Shown here: one piece after another, positions 9,331 through 19,399 of the stretch
Numbering within the stretch: position 1 is the stretch's first letter
Layout of the letters: every line of letters starts with the position of its first letter
Assembly (NCBI GenBank): GCA_021324885.1
Contig: JAJPIF010000029.1
Location: 1,078-65,077, forward strand
Source: Pseudomonadota bacterium
GTDB lineage: Bacteria > Desulfobacterota > Binatia > Binatales > Binataceae
DNA length: 64,000 bases
Direction: 5' to 3'
Notes under the pieces: model-generated
Seen by the model: the letters and a program-made list of their open reading frames with translations, nothing else
Told to the model about the DNA's origin: nothing
Database searches by the model: none
Translations under genes and position numbers: made by a program

Positions 9331-10731
9331 GTGAACAACCGCATCGACAAGGCGGCCGGAAAAAGACCGCGCAATCTTATCCGGAGCCGCTTCAAGCTCT
9401 CGCGCCTGCCCGAGGTTGAGGCTTTCACCGCTTCGCTGCCTTTCGACCGCCGTCTGTTTCACCATGACATCCGTGGCTCAATCGCTCATGCCCGGATGCT
9501 GGCGAAGACAGGACTGGTCAGCAAGGCGCAAGCCGATCGCATGATCAAGGGTCTGAAGCGGATCGAACGCGAAATCGAGGCGGGGGATTTTATCTTCGAT
9601 CCGGCCGACGAGGACATTCATCTGGCAATCGAGCGGCGCCTGACCGAAATCGCCGGCGCGGCTGGCGCCAGGCTCCATGCGGCCCGCTCGCGCAACGACC
9701 AGGTCGTGCTCGATCTGCGGATGTATCTCGCCGACGAAATCGCCGTCGTGCTGGGACTGCTCGATCGCCTCAAAGACAGCCTGATCGCGGTCGCCGAGGC
9801 GCACGTCGAGACCGTGATGCCGGGGTACACGCATCTGCAGCGCGCGCAGCCCGTCTCGCTGGCCCATCATGTGCTCGCTTATATTGAAATGTTCTCGCGC
9901 GACCGCGAACGCTTTGCGCAAACTCGCGAGCGCGTGCGCGTGATGCCGTTGGGGGCGGGCGCGCTGGCCGCCACGACTTTGCCGATCGATCGGCGCGCGG
10001 TGGCGCAGGAACTGGGTTTTCCCCGCCTGACTGAAAACAGCATGGATGCGGTATCGGATCGCGATTTTGCCGCCGATTTTATTTTCGCGGCGGCACTGTG
10101 CGGCGTCCATATCTCGCGTATGAGCGAGGACATCATTCTGTGGGCTACCGCGGAATTCGGCTTCCTCCAATTGCCCGACGAATTCTCGACCGGCAGTTCG
10201 ATGATGCCGCAGAAGAAGAATCCCGACCTGCTCGAACTGTTCCGCGGTAAGACCGGCCGCCTGGTGGGCGATCTGACCGCGCTGCTAACGACTCTCAAGG
10301 GATTGCCGATGGCCTACAATTCAGACCTTCAGGAGGACAAGGAGCGGGTCTTCGACGCGCTCGACACACTCAAGCCAATGCTGGACCTGATGGCCAAATT
10401 GTGGCCGCGGATGACATTCGATACGCAGCGGATGCGGGCGGCAGCGGGAGACGGCGCACTGGCCACCGACATCGCCGAAGAACTGGTAAGCCGCGGCCTG
10501 CCGTTTCGCAGCGCCCATGAAATCGTCGGACGCCTGGTACGCGAAGCGGCGGCGGCGGGCAAGCGGCTGGAAGATCTGAGCGACATGGAACTGCAGCGCC
10601 ATTGCGGAGCGCATGCCGGCAGCGTCAGGCGCCGGCTGTCGGCTGAGGAGTCGTTGCGCCGCCGCCAGGTGATCGGAGGACCCAGTCCGGCGATGGTGCG
10701 GCGCCGGTTGGCGCAACTGAAACGCCAATGA
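9331..10731 (+). CDS. argH: Argininosuccinate lyase
   Basis: LHAARSRNDQV, MPGYTHLQRAQP, STGSSMMPQKKNPD. Confidence 0.97.
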   Translation: MNNRIDKAAGKRPRNLIRSRFKLSRLPEVEAFTASLPFDRRLFHHDIRGSIAHARMLAKTGLVSKAQADRMIKGLKRIEREIEAGDFIFDPADEDIHLAIERRLTEIAGAAGARLHAARSRNDQVVLDLRMYLADEIAVVLGLLDRLKDSLIAVAEAHVETVMPGYTHLQRAQPVSLAHHVLAYIEMFSRDRERFAQTRERVRVMPLGAGALAATTLPIDRRAVAQELGFPRLTENSMDAVSDRDFAADFIFAAALCGVHISRMSEDIILWATAEFGFLQLPDEFSTGSSMMPQKKNPDLLELFRGKTGRLVGDLTALLTTLKGLPMAYNSDLQEDKERVFDALDTLKPMLDLMAKLWPRMTFDTQRMRAAAGDGALATDIAEELVSRGLPFRSAHEIVGRLVREAAAAGKRLEDLSDMELQRHCGAHAGSVRRRLSAEESLRRRQVIGGPSPAMVRRRLAQLKRQ

Positions 10732-11219
10732 GCAAAATTGCGCCGTTAATTGTGCTGCTCGCCCTGGGGTCAGGGGCAATCTGCGCCGGATGCGGGGTAA
10801 AAAGCCACCCGCAACCGCCTTCCGCCGTACGCCCGCAGCGGATAACCGACCTGGAAGCGGTTGCGCTGAGCAGCGGAATCAGGCTTCGCTGGAGCCGGCC
10901 CGAGCGCTATACGGGCGGCGCTCGCTTGCGCGACCTTGGCAAGTTCGAAATTTTGCGGGCTATCGGCGGCGCCGAGCCCACTTTCCTGGCAAATATCCCG
11001 ATTACCGACCGCCAACGCTTTCACCAGCAGCACCGTTTCTCTTATCTGGACACCGACACCAAAATCGGCCAGCGCTATCGCTACCAGGTGATTGCCGTAA
11101 CCACGGACGGATATGAAAGCCAACCCTCCAATCAGGCCGAGGCGGTCAGAGCGGCGCCGACCCCAACGCCCAACCCGGAGAACTTCGTGCTGCCGACACC
11201 GGTGCCATTGCCGAAGTGA
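10728..11219 (+). CDS. Lipoprotein with fibronectin type III-like domain
   Basis: Lipobox CAGC followed by GVKSHPQPP, LRWSRP, YRYQVIAV...ESQPSN. ATGA-coupled to argH. Confidence 0.8.
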   Translation: MSKIAPLIVLLALGSGAICAGCGVKSHPQPPSAVRPQRITDLEAVALSSGIRLRWSRPERYTGGARLRDLGKFEILRAIGGAEPTFLANIPITDRQRFHQQHRFSYLDTDTKIGQRYRYQVIAVTTDGYESQPSNQAEAVRAAPTPTPNPENFVLPTPVPLPK

Positions 11220-11260
11220 CCCGCTCGCACGCAAACGTGGCAGGGAGAACCCAAAGAAAT

Positions 11261-12448
11261 CTATTCAGTTTTGGTTAGCAGCTCGCGGCGGATGGCCTCG
11301 GTATGCTCGCCCAGCAGCGGCGCGCGCGGGCCGCTGCGCCATGGTGTAGCCGCCTGCTGGCGCGGTTGGCGCGGGTAAAGGAAGCTGCGGCCCAGTTCGG
11401 GATGTTCGATCTCCACGAAATTCTGCCGGGCCTGGCAATGCGGATCGGCGATCATGTCTTCCGCATAGCGGACCGCGCCGGCCGCCAAGCCGCATCCCTG
11501 CAAAGCGCGAAACGCTTCCATTGCCGGACGCCGCGCGGCCCATCGCGCGAGCATCGAGGGCAGCGCCTGAAAACGGCTGGGGTCGGTCGTCCTTAACGCC
11601 TCGGCATCCTCGACCAGTCCGTCGCGGGCGACCATCTCCGATATTTTTTTGAAATCGGCCGGCGGCAACCCCAGCACGTTGAGGTAAACACCGTCGGCGC
11701 ACCGCACCTGCATCGGCAAACGCCGAGTCTGATCGACACCGTTGAAGATGTAGCGGGGGACGGTGCCCTCCGTGCTGTGCGCCATCGCGTCATGGATCGC
11801 GGCGTCGATGAACTGTCCCGGTCCGCCCATCTGACGGCAAAGCAGCGCCGCCATCACGGCCATCGCGGCGTGCTCGCCCGCTTTGCACCAGGTTTGCCAT
11901 CCCAGAGGATTGAACGGCGGTGTGTCCCATCGGTTTCCCTCCACCGGGTCGTAGCCGCAGCAGTAGGCCATCCCGCCCAGGGCCGAATGTACGAGGTCCG
12001 AGGCTTTCAGGTCCCGCCACGGACCGTTCAGTCCAAAGGGAGTAATCGAGCAATAGATAATGTTCGGGCTGATTTCGGCCGCCCAGTCATAACCCAGGCC
12101 CAACCGATCCATTACGTCGGGTCCCTGGCTGTCGACAACCGCGTCGGCGGTGCGGATCAAAGCAGTGTAGAAGTCGCGCCCCTCGCTGCTATTCAGATCG
12201 ATAACTACTCCGCGCTTGGCCCGATTGTAGTTCCAGAAAAACAAACTGCGGTCGGGGTCACGGATGTCCTGGTAAAAGGGGCCAATGGCGCGCGAAGGGC
12301 TGCCGGTAGGCGGCTCGATCTTGATAACATCGGCGCCGTGTCCGGCCAGCAGCATCCCGCAGTACTCACCACGCTGGTCCCCTATTTCTAGAACTCGAAC
12401 ATCGTCCAGGCATCCTGGTGTTGAATGCAGTCCGGCGGTCGCAGGCAT
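11261..12448 (-). CDS. Family III CoA-transferase, Asp-less (BbsE-like) subunit
   Basis: GADVIKIEPP, NRAKRGV, SITPFGLNGP. The catalytic-Asp region reads GWQTWCKAG. Confidence 0.9.
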   Translation of the reverse strand: MPATAGLHSTPGCLDDVRVLEIGDQRGEYCGMLLAGHGADVIKIEPPTGSPSRAIGPFYQDIRDPDRSLFFWNYNRAKRGVVIDLNSSEGRDFYTALIRTADAVVDSQGPDVMDRLGLGYDWAAEISPNIIYCSITPFGLNGPWRDLKASDLVHSALGGMAYCCGYDPVEGNRWDTPPFNPLGWQTWCKAGEHAAMAVMAALLCRQMGGPGQFIDAAIHDAMAHSTEGTVPRYIFNGVDQTRRLPMQVRCADGVYLNVLGLPPADFKKISEMVARDGLVEDAEALRTTDPSRFQALPSMLARWAARRPAMEAFRALQGCGLAAGAVRYAEDMIADPHCQARQNFVEIEHPELGRSFLYPRQPRQQAATPWRSGPRAPLLGEHTEAIRRELLTKTE

Positions 12449-13761
12449 CAGATTATACCTCGTTCCTCATATGCTGCGATCTCTTCGGCGGAAAGACCGA
12501 GCAAGGTCGAGAATACGTAATTGTTATCTTCACCGACGCACGGCGCTCCGCGCTGCGTAATGCCGCCGGGATGGGCGGGAGTGCGGGTCAGCCTGGGCGT
12601 AAAATGGCGCGTATGCGGCCAGGTGCCGAGGCGCGTGTGGGGCAAATCAACGAAAAAGCCGCGCACCTTCAGTTGCGGGTCGCGCTCGAACTTGTCACCC
12701 GGCGACTGCACGGCACCCGCCGCAACTCCAGCCTGCTGCAACTGGTACATCAGTGCGTATTTCTCGCGCTTTTTCGTCCATTCCTCGAGGTGCGCATCCA
12801 GCAGATCGAGATTAGCCAGTCGATTTCGCATGTCGGCAAATCTCGAATCACCCGCCCACGATGGATAACCCATCTCCCGGCATAGAGCAGTCCACTCCTG
12901 TTCATTAAACACCGCTATTGCTATCCAGTTGTCCTCGCCGGCGCACCGGTAGATACCATGTGGAGCGGCGTCGAGGTAGGGAGAGCGATTGCCCACGCGC
13001 GTGGACCTTCGACCGTTTGCGCTGTACTCGAGAACTGCGGTGCCGCTCAGAAACAGTCCCGGTTCATACTGCGCCTGATCGATATACTGGCCCTTTCCGG
13101 TGCGGTTGCGGTAGTAGAGCGCCGCCATCAGGGCCATGGCGCCGTAAAACGGCGGCGTCACATCCATATATGAATGGTTCCACATCGTGGGCGGATGCGG
13201 TTCGGGCAGCCCGGTCAGCGCGCCAATCCCGCTCATCACCTGCGCCGTCGGTCCATACGAAGCGTAGCCGCTGTAGGGACCGGTGCTGCCGAAGCCTGCC
13301 ATCTGTAAATAAATGATGTCGGACTTGATTGACTTGAGCGTTTCGTAGTCCAGCCCCCAACTGCGCATTGCGTTGGGCCGGAATCCCTCGATTACTATAT
13401 CGCTGATTCCGACCAATTTTTTGAACAGCTCGAGGCCTTCCGGTGCGCGCATATTGAGCGTGATGCCCAGTTTGCCGGCGTTGCGGTCGCTGAACAGTCC
13501 GCTGAGGTTGGCCTCCGGCACGGCCTGCATCGATTTCGGTGCCGCCGGCGCTTTCAACGGACCAAGGGGCGGCGGTTTGGGCCGGGCCTGGAGCTGGCGG
13601 CGGGTGAAGTCGAGATGTCCGGGCCATTCGATACGAATCACCTCCGCACCCAGGCTGGCGAGTATAACGGTGGTGCCGGCGCTCGCCAGCATCCAGGTCA
13701 GATCGACAATCCGCACACCGCGAAGCGGCTGCGGCGCAATCGCGTTTGTCATTCGCTTCAC
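12448..13761 (-). CDS. Family III CoA-transferase, catalytic (BbsF-like) subunit
   Basis: PLRGVRIVDLT, GAEVIRIE, NAGKLGITLN, HSYMD (catalytic Asp). Confidence 0.93.
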   Translation of the reverse strand: MKRMTNAIAPQPLRGVRIVDLTWMLASAGTTVILASLGAEVIRIEWPGHLDFTRRQLQARPKPPPLGPLKAPAAPKSMQAVPEANLSGLFSDRNAGKLGITLNMRAPEGLELFKKLVGISDIVIEGFRPNAMRSWGLDYETLKSIKSDIIYLQMAGFGSTGPYSGYASYGPTAQVMSGIGALTGLPEPHPPTMWNHSYMDVTPPFYGAMALMAALYYRNRTGKGQYIDQAQYEPGLFLSGTAVLEYSANGRRSTRVGNRSPYLDAAPHGIYRCAGEDNWIAIAVFNEQEWTALCREMGYPSWAGDSRFADMRNRLANLDLLDAHLEEWTKKREKYALMYQLQQAGVAAGAVQSPGDKFERDPQLKVRGFFVDLPHTRLGTWPHTRHFTPRLTRTPAHPGGITQRGAPCVGEDNNYVFSTLLGLSAEEIAAYEERGII

Positions 13762-13836
13762 CGATCAGTGTCTGAAAGTAAAACGAATCCTGGCCGATAG
13801 CTGCGTTCGAATTTAACCAGGGGCCGGCGATTCGCG

Positions 13837-14943
13837 CTATTCAAGATGGTACAGCCTGACGGCGTTGCCGGCGCACAGTTTCGCGCGTTCCTCGAGCGTG
13901 CACGGCGCCATCTGTTTTTCGATGTAGGAGCGCGAATTGGGCCATGTGGTCACGCTGTGCGGATAATCCGACGCCCAAATCAGGTTGTCGGAACCGGTAA
14001 ACTTCAGATTGGCGCAGGCGACCGCGTCATCCATGAACGTGATGTAAACCTGGCGGCGGATATATTCGCTGGGCGGCGCGGTCAGTTCGAGCCTGCTCCA
14101 ATGGCGCTGGCGGTTGAATTGGTCATCGCACAGGATCATGAAGAACGCCAGCCATCCGCCGTCGCTCTCCGCCGAAACCACTTTGAGTCCGGGGAAGCGA
14201 TGGAGCGCGCCGCTGAAAACGATATGGCTCAGCGGCTCCAGGGCGGCGAAAAAGCGCAGTACGATGCTGGCCACCATCGTGCCGGGATGGGGCGTGACCG
14301 ACATCCCGCGCGGAATGTTGCGGCCAATCGCGCGATGGAAATGCAGCGGAGCGTCCAATTCCTGCGCCGCCGCCCATAGCGGTTCGTACTGCGGATCGGT
14401 AAAAAGCTTGTCCGGGTAAGTCGGCAGAATAGCGCCGCGATGGCCCTTGCGGACGCATCGGCGCAGCTCCTCGACCGCCACGTCGATACCGTCGTCAACC
14501 GGCAACATCGCCAGGGCGATGATCCGCTGCGGATTGGCGGCGGCAAAGTCGTCAAAGAGCCAGTCGTTGTAGGCGCGAAAGCAGGCCAGCCGCAGCTCGC
14601 GATCCTTGATCGTCGGCAGACCCATCGCAAAACCTGGATAGATCACGCTGGCGTCAACGCCATCGCGATCCTGATCCTTGAGATGCTCGATTGGGTCGTA
14701 ATTGCCCGCCAGCAAATCGGAAAAGCGCAGGCCCTTGTCCCTGTATTCCTCGAACGATTTGCCGGCCAGCGACCCCAGTCCGAAAGGCATCGGCGGCCGG
14801 CCCTCGACCGTCCATCCTTCTCCCCCGTCGCCGGTCTCGACCACTTTTGGGCCGGCTTCGCGGAGATGACTCGGCAACCGATCCCTGAAACAATTGGGCG
14901 GCTCGTTGACGTGTGAATCGCCGGAAATGACCCTGTAATTCAT
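13837..14943 (-). CDS. Amidohydrolase family 2 protein
   Basis: ISGDSHVNEP, DGVDASVIYP, LHFH, WASDYPH. Confidence 0.93.
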   Translation of the reverse strand: MNYRVISGDSHVNEPPNCFRDRLPSHLREAGPKVVETGDGGEGWTVEGRPPMPFGLGSLAGKSFEEYRDKGLRFSDLLAGNYDPIEHLKDQDRDGVDASVIYPGFAMGLPTIKDRELRLACFRAYNDWLFDDFAAANPQRIIALAMLPVDDGIDVAVEELRRCVRKGHRGAILPTYPDKLFTDPQYEPLWAAAQELDAPLHFHRAIGRNIPRGMSVTPHPGTMVASIVLRFFAALEPLSHIVFSGALHRFPGLKVVSAESDGGWLAFFMILCDDQFNRQRHWSRLELTAPPSEYIRRQVYITFMDDAVACANLKFTGSDNLIWASDYPHSVTTWPNSRSYIEKQMAPCTLEERAKLCAGNAVRLYHLE

Positions 14944-15048
14944 TGGGCAACTCCTTTCAGGCAGATGCCGGAGCCTGTCTGCGAATGCCGTTTAGCACGA
15001 TTTTCCCCAAAGAGCGAAGGGACCGGTTATCCGGATCCGAGGAATACG

Positions 15049-15102
15049 CATCAATGTGCGCTAAATTGATGAATTAACAGCAAGCGAAATTGGGGCTACA
15101 CT
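15049..15102 (+). promoter_or_regulatory. Palindromic operator and sigma-70 promoter of the GNAT-like gene
   Basis: CATCAAT-N9-ATTGATG (15049-15071) directly upstream of TTAACA(15074)-N17-TACACT(15097). Confidence 0.55.
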
Positions 15103-15164
15103 GTTTATAACCCTGTGGCCCGATATTGCGAAGAGGAAAAAGGATCACTTTAGAATCTTGACGG

Positions 15165-15773
15165 ATGCCACCGCAGCGTATCTTCACACCACCGGAACCG
15201 CCGGCTATCGGTGATCAGGAGGGATGGTTTGAAATCCGTCCGATTGGCACGCCTTTGGGGATGCGCGAACTTGCCCGTCTGCATAAGCGCGCATGGTCCG
15301 GCGTCGGCATAACGGAAAAACCCGTGCTGATGAACCTGTGGCCGATGGCCCAGCATTTCGGACTTTATTGGATCAAGCGCGGCGCGGAAGGCCAGCGTCC
15401 CCCGATCGTCGGAGCGTTCTGGGCGCGCTCTCTGGCGGAAGCTCCACTTACCGTTGGCCATCTCTACCCGGCAGAACTGTTCAAGGGTCTGATGGCCAGC
15501 GAGGTTTTCGAGTTCGGCGGCCTGGTAATCGATCCGGCCGTGCAGAAGCGGGGTTTAACCAAGGCGCTCGCCGATGGCGCCCGACTGTTTATTTTCTCGC
15601 GCCGCCCGGAACTGCTCATTACCAACCCGGTCGAGGCGCTCTACCCGATTTACAAGAGCTTCGGGCTGAAGACGGTAGGAAACAAGCCGGTGGATTACCC
15701 TTACCTGCCGGGCGCCAAGGTCTGGTTGATGTACGCCCGCTTCAAGGACATCGCGTTGCCCTATTTCATGTAA
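15165..15773 (+). CDS. GNAT-fold acyltransferase (LuxI/FeeM-like)
   Basis: EVFEFGGLVIDPAVQKRGL (motif-A-like) and LYPIYKSFGLKTVG (motif-B-like). Confidence 0.6.
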   Translation: MPPQRIFTPPEPPAIGDQEGWFEIRPIGTPLGMRELARLHKRAWSGVGITEKPVLMNLWPMAQHFGLYWIKRGAEGQRPPIVGAFWARSLAEAPLTVGHLYPAELFKGLMASEVFEFGGLVIDPAVQKRGLTKALADGARLFIFSRRPELLITNPVEALYPIYKSFGLKTVGNKPVDYPYLPGAKVWLMYARFKDIALPYFM

Positions 15774-15814
15774 GACGGCGGCGGATTTACGGGATGCGAC
15801 CGGCGTGACGACGG

Positions 15815-16627
15815 TTAGCGGGAACTGACCACCCGAAGTTCGCGCAGTTCGCGCAATTCGAGCCTCTTCCGAGCGGTGGGATCGTCGCAATCATCGCGTT
15901 GCGCCCATTGACGAAAGATGATGGTCGCCACGCAAATGACATAAAACCCGGCTCCAACCCACATCAGCAGTCCCCCAGCTATCTGATCGGCCATCGGCGA
16001 CATACCGAAGGGATGGGGCCCTTCCAGGTACCAGGGATAGATTACCGAGGTCGCAAACGAAATCGGTGCAGCGACCGCTGCCATGGGAATCAGTTCCAGG
16101 AAAAGATAGAGCTCCTGAGCCGGATAGCTGAGCCGGGGAAACTCCGTCAACGGACTATAAAGCGGCCACCAGAAAATCACCGACACCGCCATCAACACCA
16201 GGTGAACGCCGATATGGAACGCGTCGTTGCGGCACATCAGGTCGTAAACCCGGGGAGCATGCATCGCGACCAGTGCCGCATTGTAAACCATGAAGGCCAT
16301 GACCGGATTGAAGAACAGGCGCGCCAGCGGCTTGATCCAACGATTCAGTATCAGCGGACGCACCATCCAGTCGGGCAGACCGACCAGTAGCAGCGGCGGC
16401 ATCATCAGGCATAGCATCAGATGCTGGAACATGTGGGCCACGAAAAGGCGATCATCCTCGAGCTCGTCAACCGGTCCGCACAGTGAGAAGACGATCACGA
16501 TTAGGGCTCCGGCAAACGCGATTGCTTGCGTTCTGGTAACACCGCGGCCGCTGACGCGCGCGGCCACGATGTAGGCGGCGGCCATCAGGCCGACGCCAAT
16601 CAAAACGCTTGGATGCATGCTTTCCAT
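15815..16627 (-). CDS. ctaG: caa3-type cytochrome c oxidase assembly factor
   Basis: LFVAHMFQH, PPLLLVGLP, DQIAGGLLMW; multi-TM; last gene of the oxidase operon. Confidence 0.9.
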   Translation of the reverse strand: MESMHPSVLIGVGLMAAAYIVAARVSGRGVTRTQAIAFAGALIVIVFSLCGPVDELEDDRLFVAHMFQHLMLCLMMPPLLLVGLPDWMVRPLILNRWIKPLARLFFNPVMAFMVYNAALVAMHAPRVYDLMCRNDAFHIGVHLVLMAVSVIFWWPLYSPLTEFPRLSYPAQELYLFLELIPMAAVAAPISFATSVIYPWYLEGPHPFGMSPMADQIAGGLLMWVGAGFYVICVATIIFRQWAQRDDCDDPTARKRLELRELRELRVVSSR

Positions 16628-16632
16628 GGGAA

Positions 16633-16950
16633 TTAAAATCCGGCGAAAAATCTCACCATCAGACCCACCAGCACAATCACCACGGAAGCGGCAAGCGCGA
16701 GGCCGGGAAGAAAGATTCCGCTGAACGCCCAACTGTCGTAGTGAAGGTGCATATAAAACAGCACCACCAACGCGAACTTAGCGCCCGACAGGACTACCAG
16801 CAGCGGAACGAGAACCGGCTGCAACGCATGGACATACGAAACCCAGACTTCGAACGCGGTCAGGAAGGCAAGGATGCCGGCGACGACCAGGTATGCGAAG
16901 GTCCGCGAATCATGGTCGCCGGCTTCAGCCGTATGCTCTTGGGGGCTCAT
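16633..16950 (-). CDS. ctaF: Cytochrome c oxidase subunit IV
   Basis: LTAFEV...KFALVVLFYMHLHYD; 3 TM; ATGA overlap with subunit I/III. Confidence 0.88.
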   Translation of the reverse strand: MSPQEHTAEAGDHDSRTFAYLVVAGILAFLTAFEVWVSYVHALQPVLVPLLVVLSGAKFALVVLFYMHLHYDSWAFSGIFLPGLALAASVVIVLVGLMVRFFAGF

Positions 16951-19391
16951 GCTTTGGCTATCGACCTCATCAGGTACACAATGCTGAAAATTACGATCCA
17001 CACGATATCGACGAAATGCCAGTATAGCGCGGCGCACTCCACCGCGATATCGCGATGGCGTTCCTTGAACCAGTCGGTAAATGAGGCGCCAACCAGCGAC
17101 AGGAGTATTATCACACCGATAGCGACGTGAGCGCCATGGAATCCGACCATCGTGTAAAAGGTTTGACTGAACAGGTTGGTACCCAGCGACATTCCTTCGG
17201 TATAGAAGGTGTGGAACTCGAAGACCTGCCCAGCCAGAAATACGGACCCGAAGAATATGGTGAGGAACAGCCAGCGCAGGCCCCAGGTTCGATCGCCGCG
17301 GCGATAACCTTCCTGCGCCAGCACCATCGTCACGCTGCTCATCAGCAGGATAAAAGTGGTTCCGATGACCAGCGGCATCTCAAGGATTGTCTCCGCGGTC
17401 GGTCCGCCGAGATCGCGCCCCTTGTAGACGAGATAGGTGGCAATCAGCGAGGCGAAGAACAGCGACTCCGACGCGATAAAGGACCAGACGCCGACCTTGC
17501 GGTTATCCAATCCGGTAAAGATGCCGACCGCTTCGGGATTTTCCGAGCCCGCTTCACGGTACTCGAACGCCATCGCGATCGCACAAAATAAGGTCAGGGC
17601 TGCGCCGCAGAGCGCCACTCGGAGCCAGTCCAGCATTCCAACCACCGCCATGGTTATGCCCAAAGCAAGGAGCAGCGGATAGATCGAGGGGGCAGGCATA
17701 TGGATATGCCCGCTGTCCTCGTTCTCATGCGCGGGCAGGGGAGCAGGCGGCACGACGCCGCTCTCATAACCATACTTGTCATGCCAGAACTGATCGCGGG
17801 AGCGCACGATCGGGATGGTGCTGAAATTGTAAGCGGGCGGAGGCGAAGGAATTTTCCATTCCAGACCGCGGCCATCCCAGGGGTCGGGTCCGGCCAATTC
17901 GCCGTCGCGCATGGTCAGAAGGATGTTGATCAACAGGATGGCGACTGAGGCCGCCATTATGAATGCGCCGATCGTGCACAACAGGTTGACGGAATCCCAT
18001 CCCATGTGCGGGGAAAAGCGGTAAATCCGCCGCGGCATCCCCTCGGCTCCCAGTAGGTGCATCGGAAAAAACGTCAGGTTGAAGCCAACAACCATGGTCC
18101 AGAATTGAAGTCTTCCGAGCTTTTCGTTCAACAGTCTGCCGGTGATTTTGGGCCACCAATAGTACAGGCCTCCGAGCAATGCGAAGGCGGTGCCTCCGAA
18201 CAGCACGTAGTGGAAATGCGCAACCACGAAATAGGAATCGGTTTGCTGCAAATCAACCGGCGGCTGCGCATGCATGATGCCGCTGAGACCGCCCATAGTG
18301 AATTGAATGACAAAGGCGATGGCGTACATCAACGGCGTCTTCATCTTCAAATCGCCGCCCCACATGGTCGCAATCCAGCTGAAGATTTTTATGCCAGTGG
18401 GAATCGCGATCAGCATCGAGGTCAACGCGAATGCGCTGTCTGCCGCCGGACCCATCCCGACCGCGAACATGTGATGAGCCCATACGCCGTAGGAAAGAAA
18501 GCCGATAAGCGCGGTCGAGTAAGCCATCGCCGGATAGCCGTAAAGCGGCTTGCGAGAGAAGGTCGGCGTGATTTCCGAAATGATGCCAAAGGCGGGAAGC
18601 GCCATGATGTACACTTCGGGATGACCAAACAACCAGAACAGGTGCTGCCATAAAAGCGGCGTGGCGCCCGCGACTACCCGGTAAAAATGCGTGCCGAAGA
18701 AGCGGTCCATGGCGAGGAAGATAAGCCCCACTGTCAACGGCGGGAACGCAACCAGGATCAGAACGAACATCACCATCATCGACCACACGAACAGCGGCAG
18801 TCGCATGAAGGTCATGCCGGGCGCGCGCATATTGATTACGGTGGTAAGCAGGTTGATCCCGGCCAGCACGCTTCCCACCCCGGAGATCAGCAGCCCCAGC
18901 GTCCACAGATTGATGTTCAAGCCGGGTGAGTAATAGCTTTCAGTCAGGTTCGCGTAACCAAACCATCCCGCATCGGGGGCCATGTTGTACAGCCATCCGA
19001 CATTGAGCACGATCGCGCCAAACAGGAAGATCCAGTAGCTGAGTGCGTTAAGGCGTGGGAAGGCGACGTCGCGGGCGCCAATCTGCAGCGGCACGACGAA
19101 GTTGGCGAAGAAGCCCAGTCCCGCCGGCATCACGACCAGAAAGATCATGGTGGTGCCGTGCATGGTGAACATCTCGTTGTAGAGATACGCGCTTAGAAAG
19201 GTATTGTCGGGGCGCGCGAGCTGGATTCGCATCAACAGCGCCTCAATTCCGCCCGCCAGGAAGAAGAACAGCACGGTCACGCCGTAAAGGACGGCGATGC
19301 GCTTGTGGTCGATTGTGGTCAACCAGCTGAGAATGCCGCCGCCGTGCAGATAACTTTCTTCAGCCTCTATATGTTTTGGTAAAGCGACCAT
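16947..19391 (-). CDS. ctaD: Cytochrome c oxidase subunit I fused to subunit III (type A1)
   Basis: TIDHKRI, FTMHGT, FGHPEVY, WAHH, VVAHFHYV; C-terminal subunit III motifs SESLFF, GFHGAHV, YWHFVD. Confidence 0.97.
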   Translation of the reverse strand: MVALPKHIEAEESYLHGGGILSWLTTIDHKRIAVLYGVTVLFFFLAGGIEALLMRIQLARPDNTFLSAYLYNEMFTMHGTTMIFLVVMPAGLGFFANFVVPLQIGARDVAFPRLNALSYWIFLFGAIVLNVGWLYNMAPDAGWFGYANLTESYYSPGLNINLWTLGLLISGVGSVLAGINLLTTVINMRAPGMTFMRLPLFVWSMMVMFVLILVAFPPLTVGLIFLAMDRFFGTHFYRVVAGATPLLWQHLFWLFGHPEVYIMALPAFGIISEITPTFSRKPLYGYPAMAYSTALIGFLSYGVWAHHMFAVGMGPAADSAFALTSMLIAIPTGIKIFSWIATMWGGDLKMKTPLMYAIAFVIQFTMGGLSGIMHAQPPVDLQQTDSYFVVAHFHYVLFGGTAFALLGGLYYWWPKITGRLLNEKLGRLQFWTMVVGFNLTFFPMHLLGAEGMPRRIYRFSPHMGWDSVNLLCTIGAFIMAASVAILLINILLTMRDGELAGPDPWDGRGLEWKIPSPPPAYNFSTIPIVRSRDQFWHDKYGYESGVVPPAPLPAHENEDSGHIHMPAPSIYPLLLALGITMAVVGMLDWLRVALCGAALTLFCAIAMAFEYREAGSENPEAVGIFTGLDNRKVGVWSFIASESLFFASLIATYLVYKGRDLGGPTAETILEMPLVIGTTFILLMSSVTMVLAQEGYRRGDRTWGLRWLFLTIFFGSVFLAGQVFEFHTFYTEGMSLGTNLFSQTFYTMVGFHGAHVAIGVIILLSLVGASFTDWFKERHRDIAVECAALYWHFVDIVWIVIFSIVYLMRSIAKA

Positions 19392-19399
19392 GTTTATCC

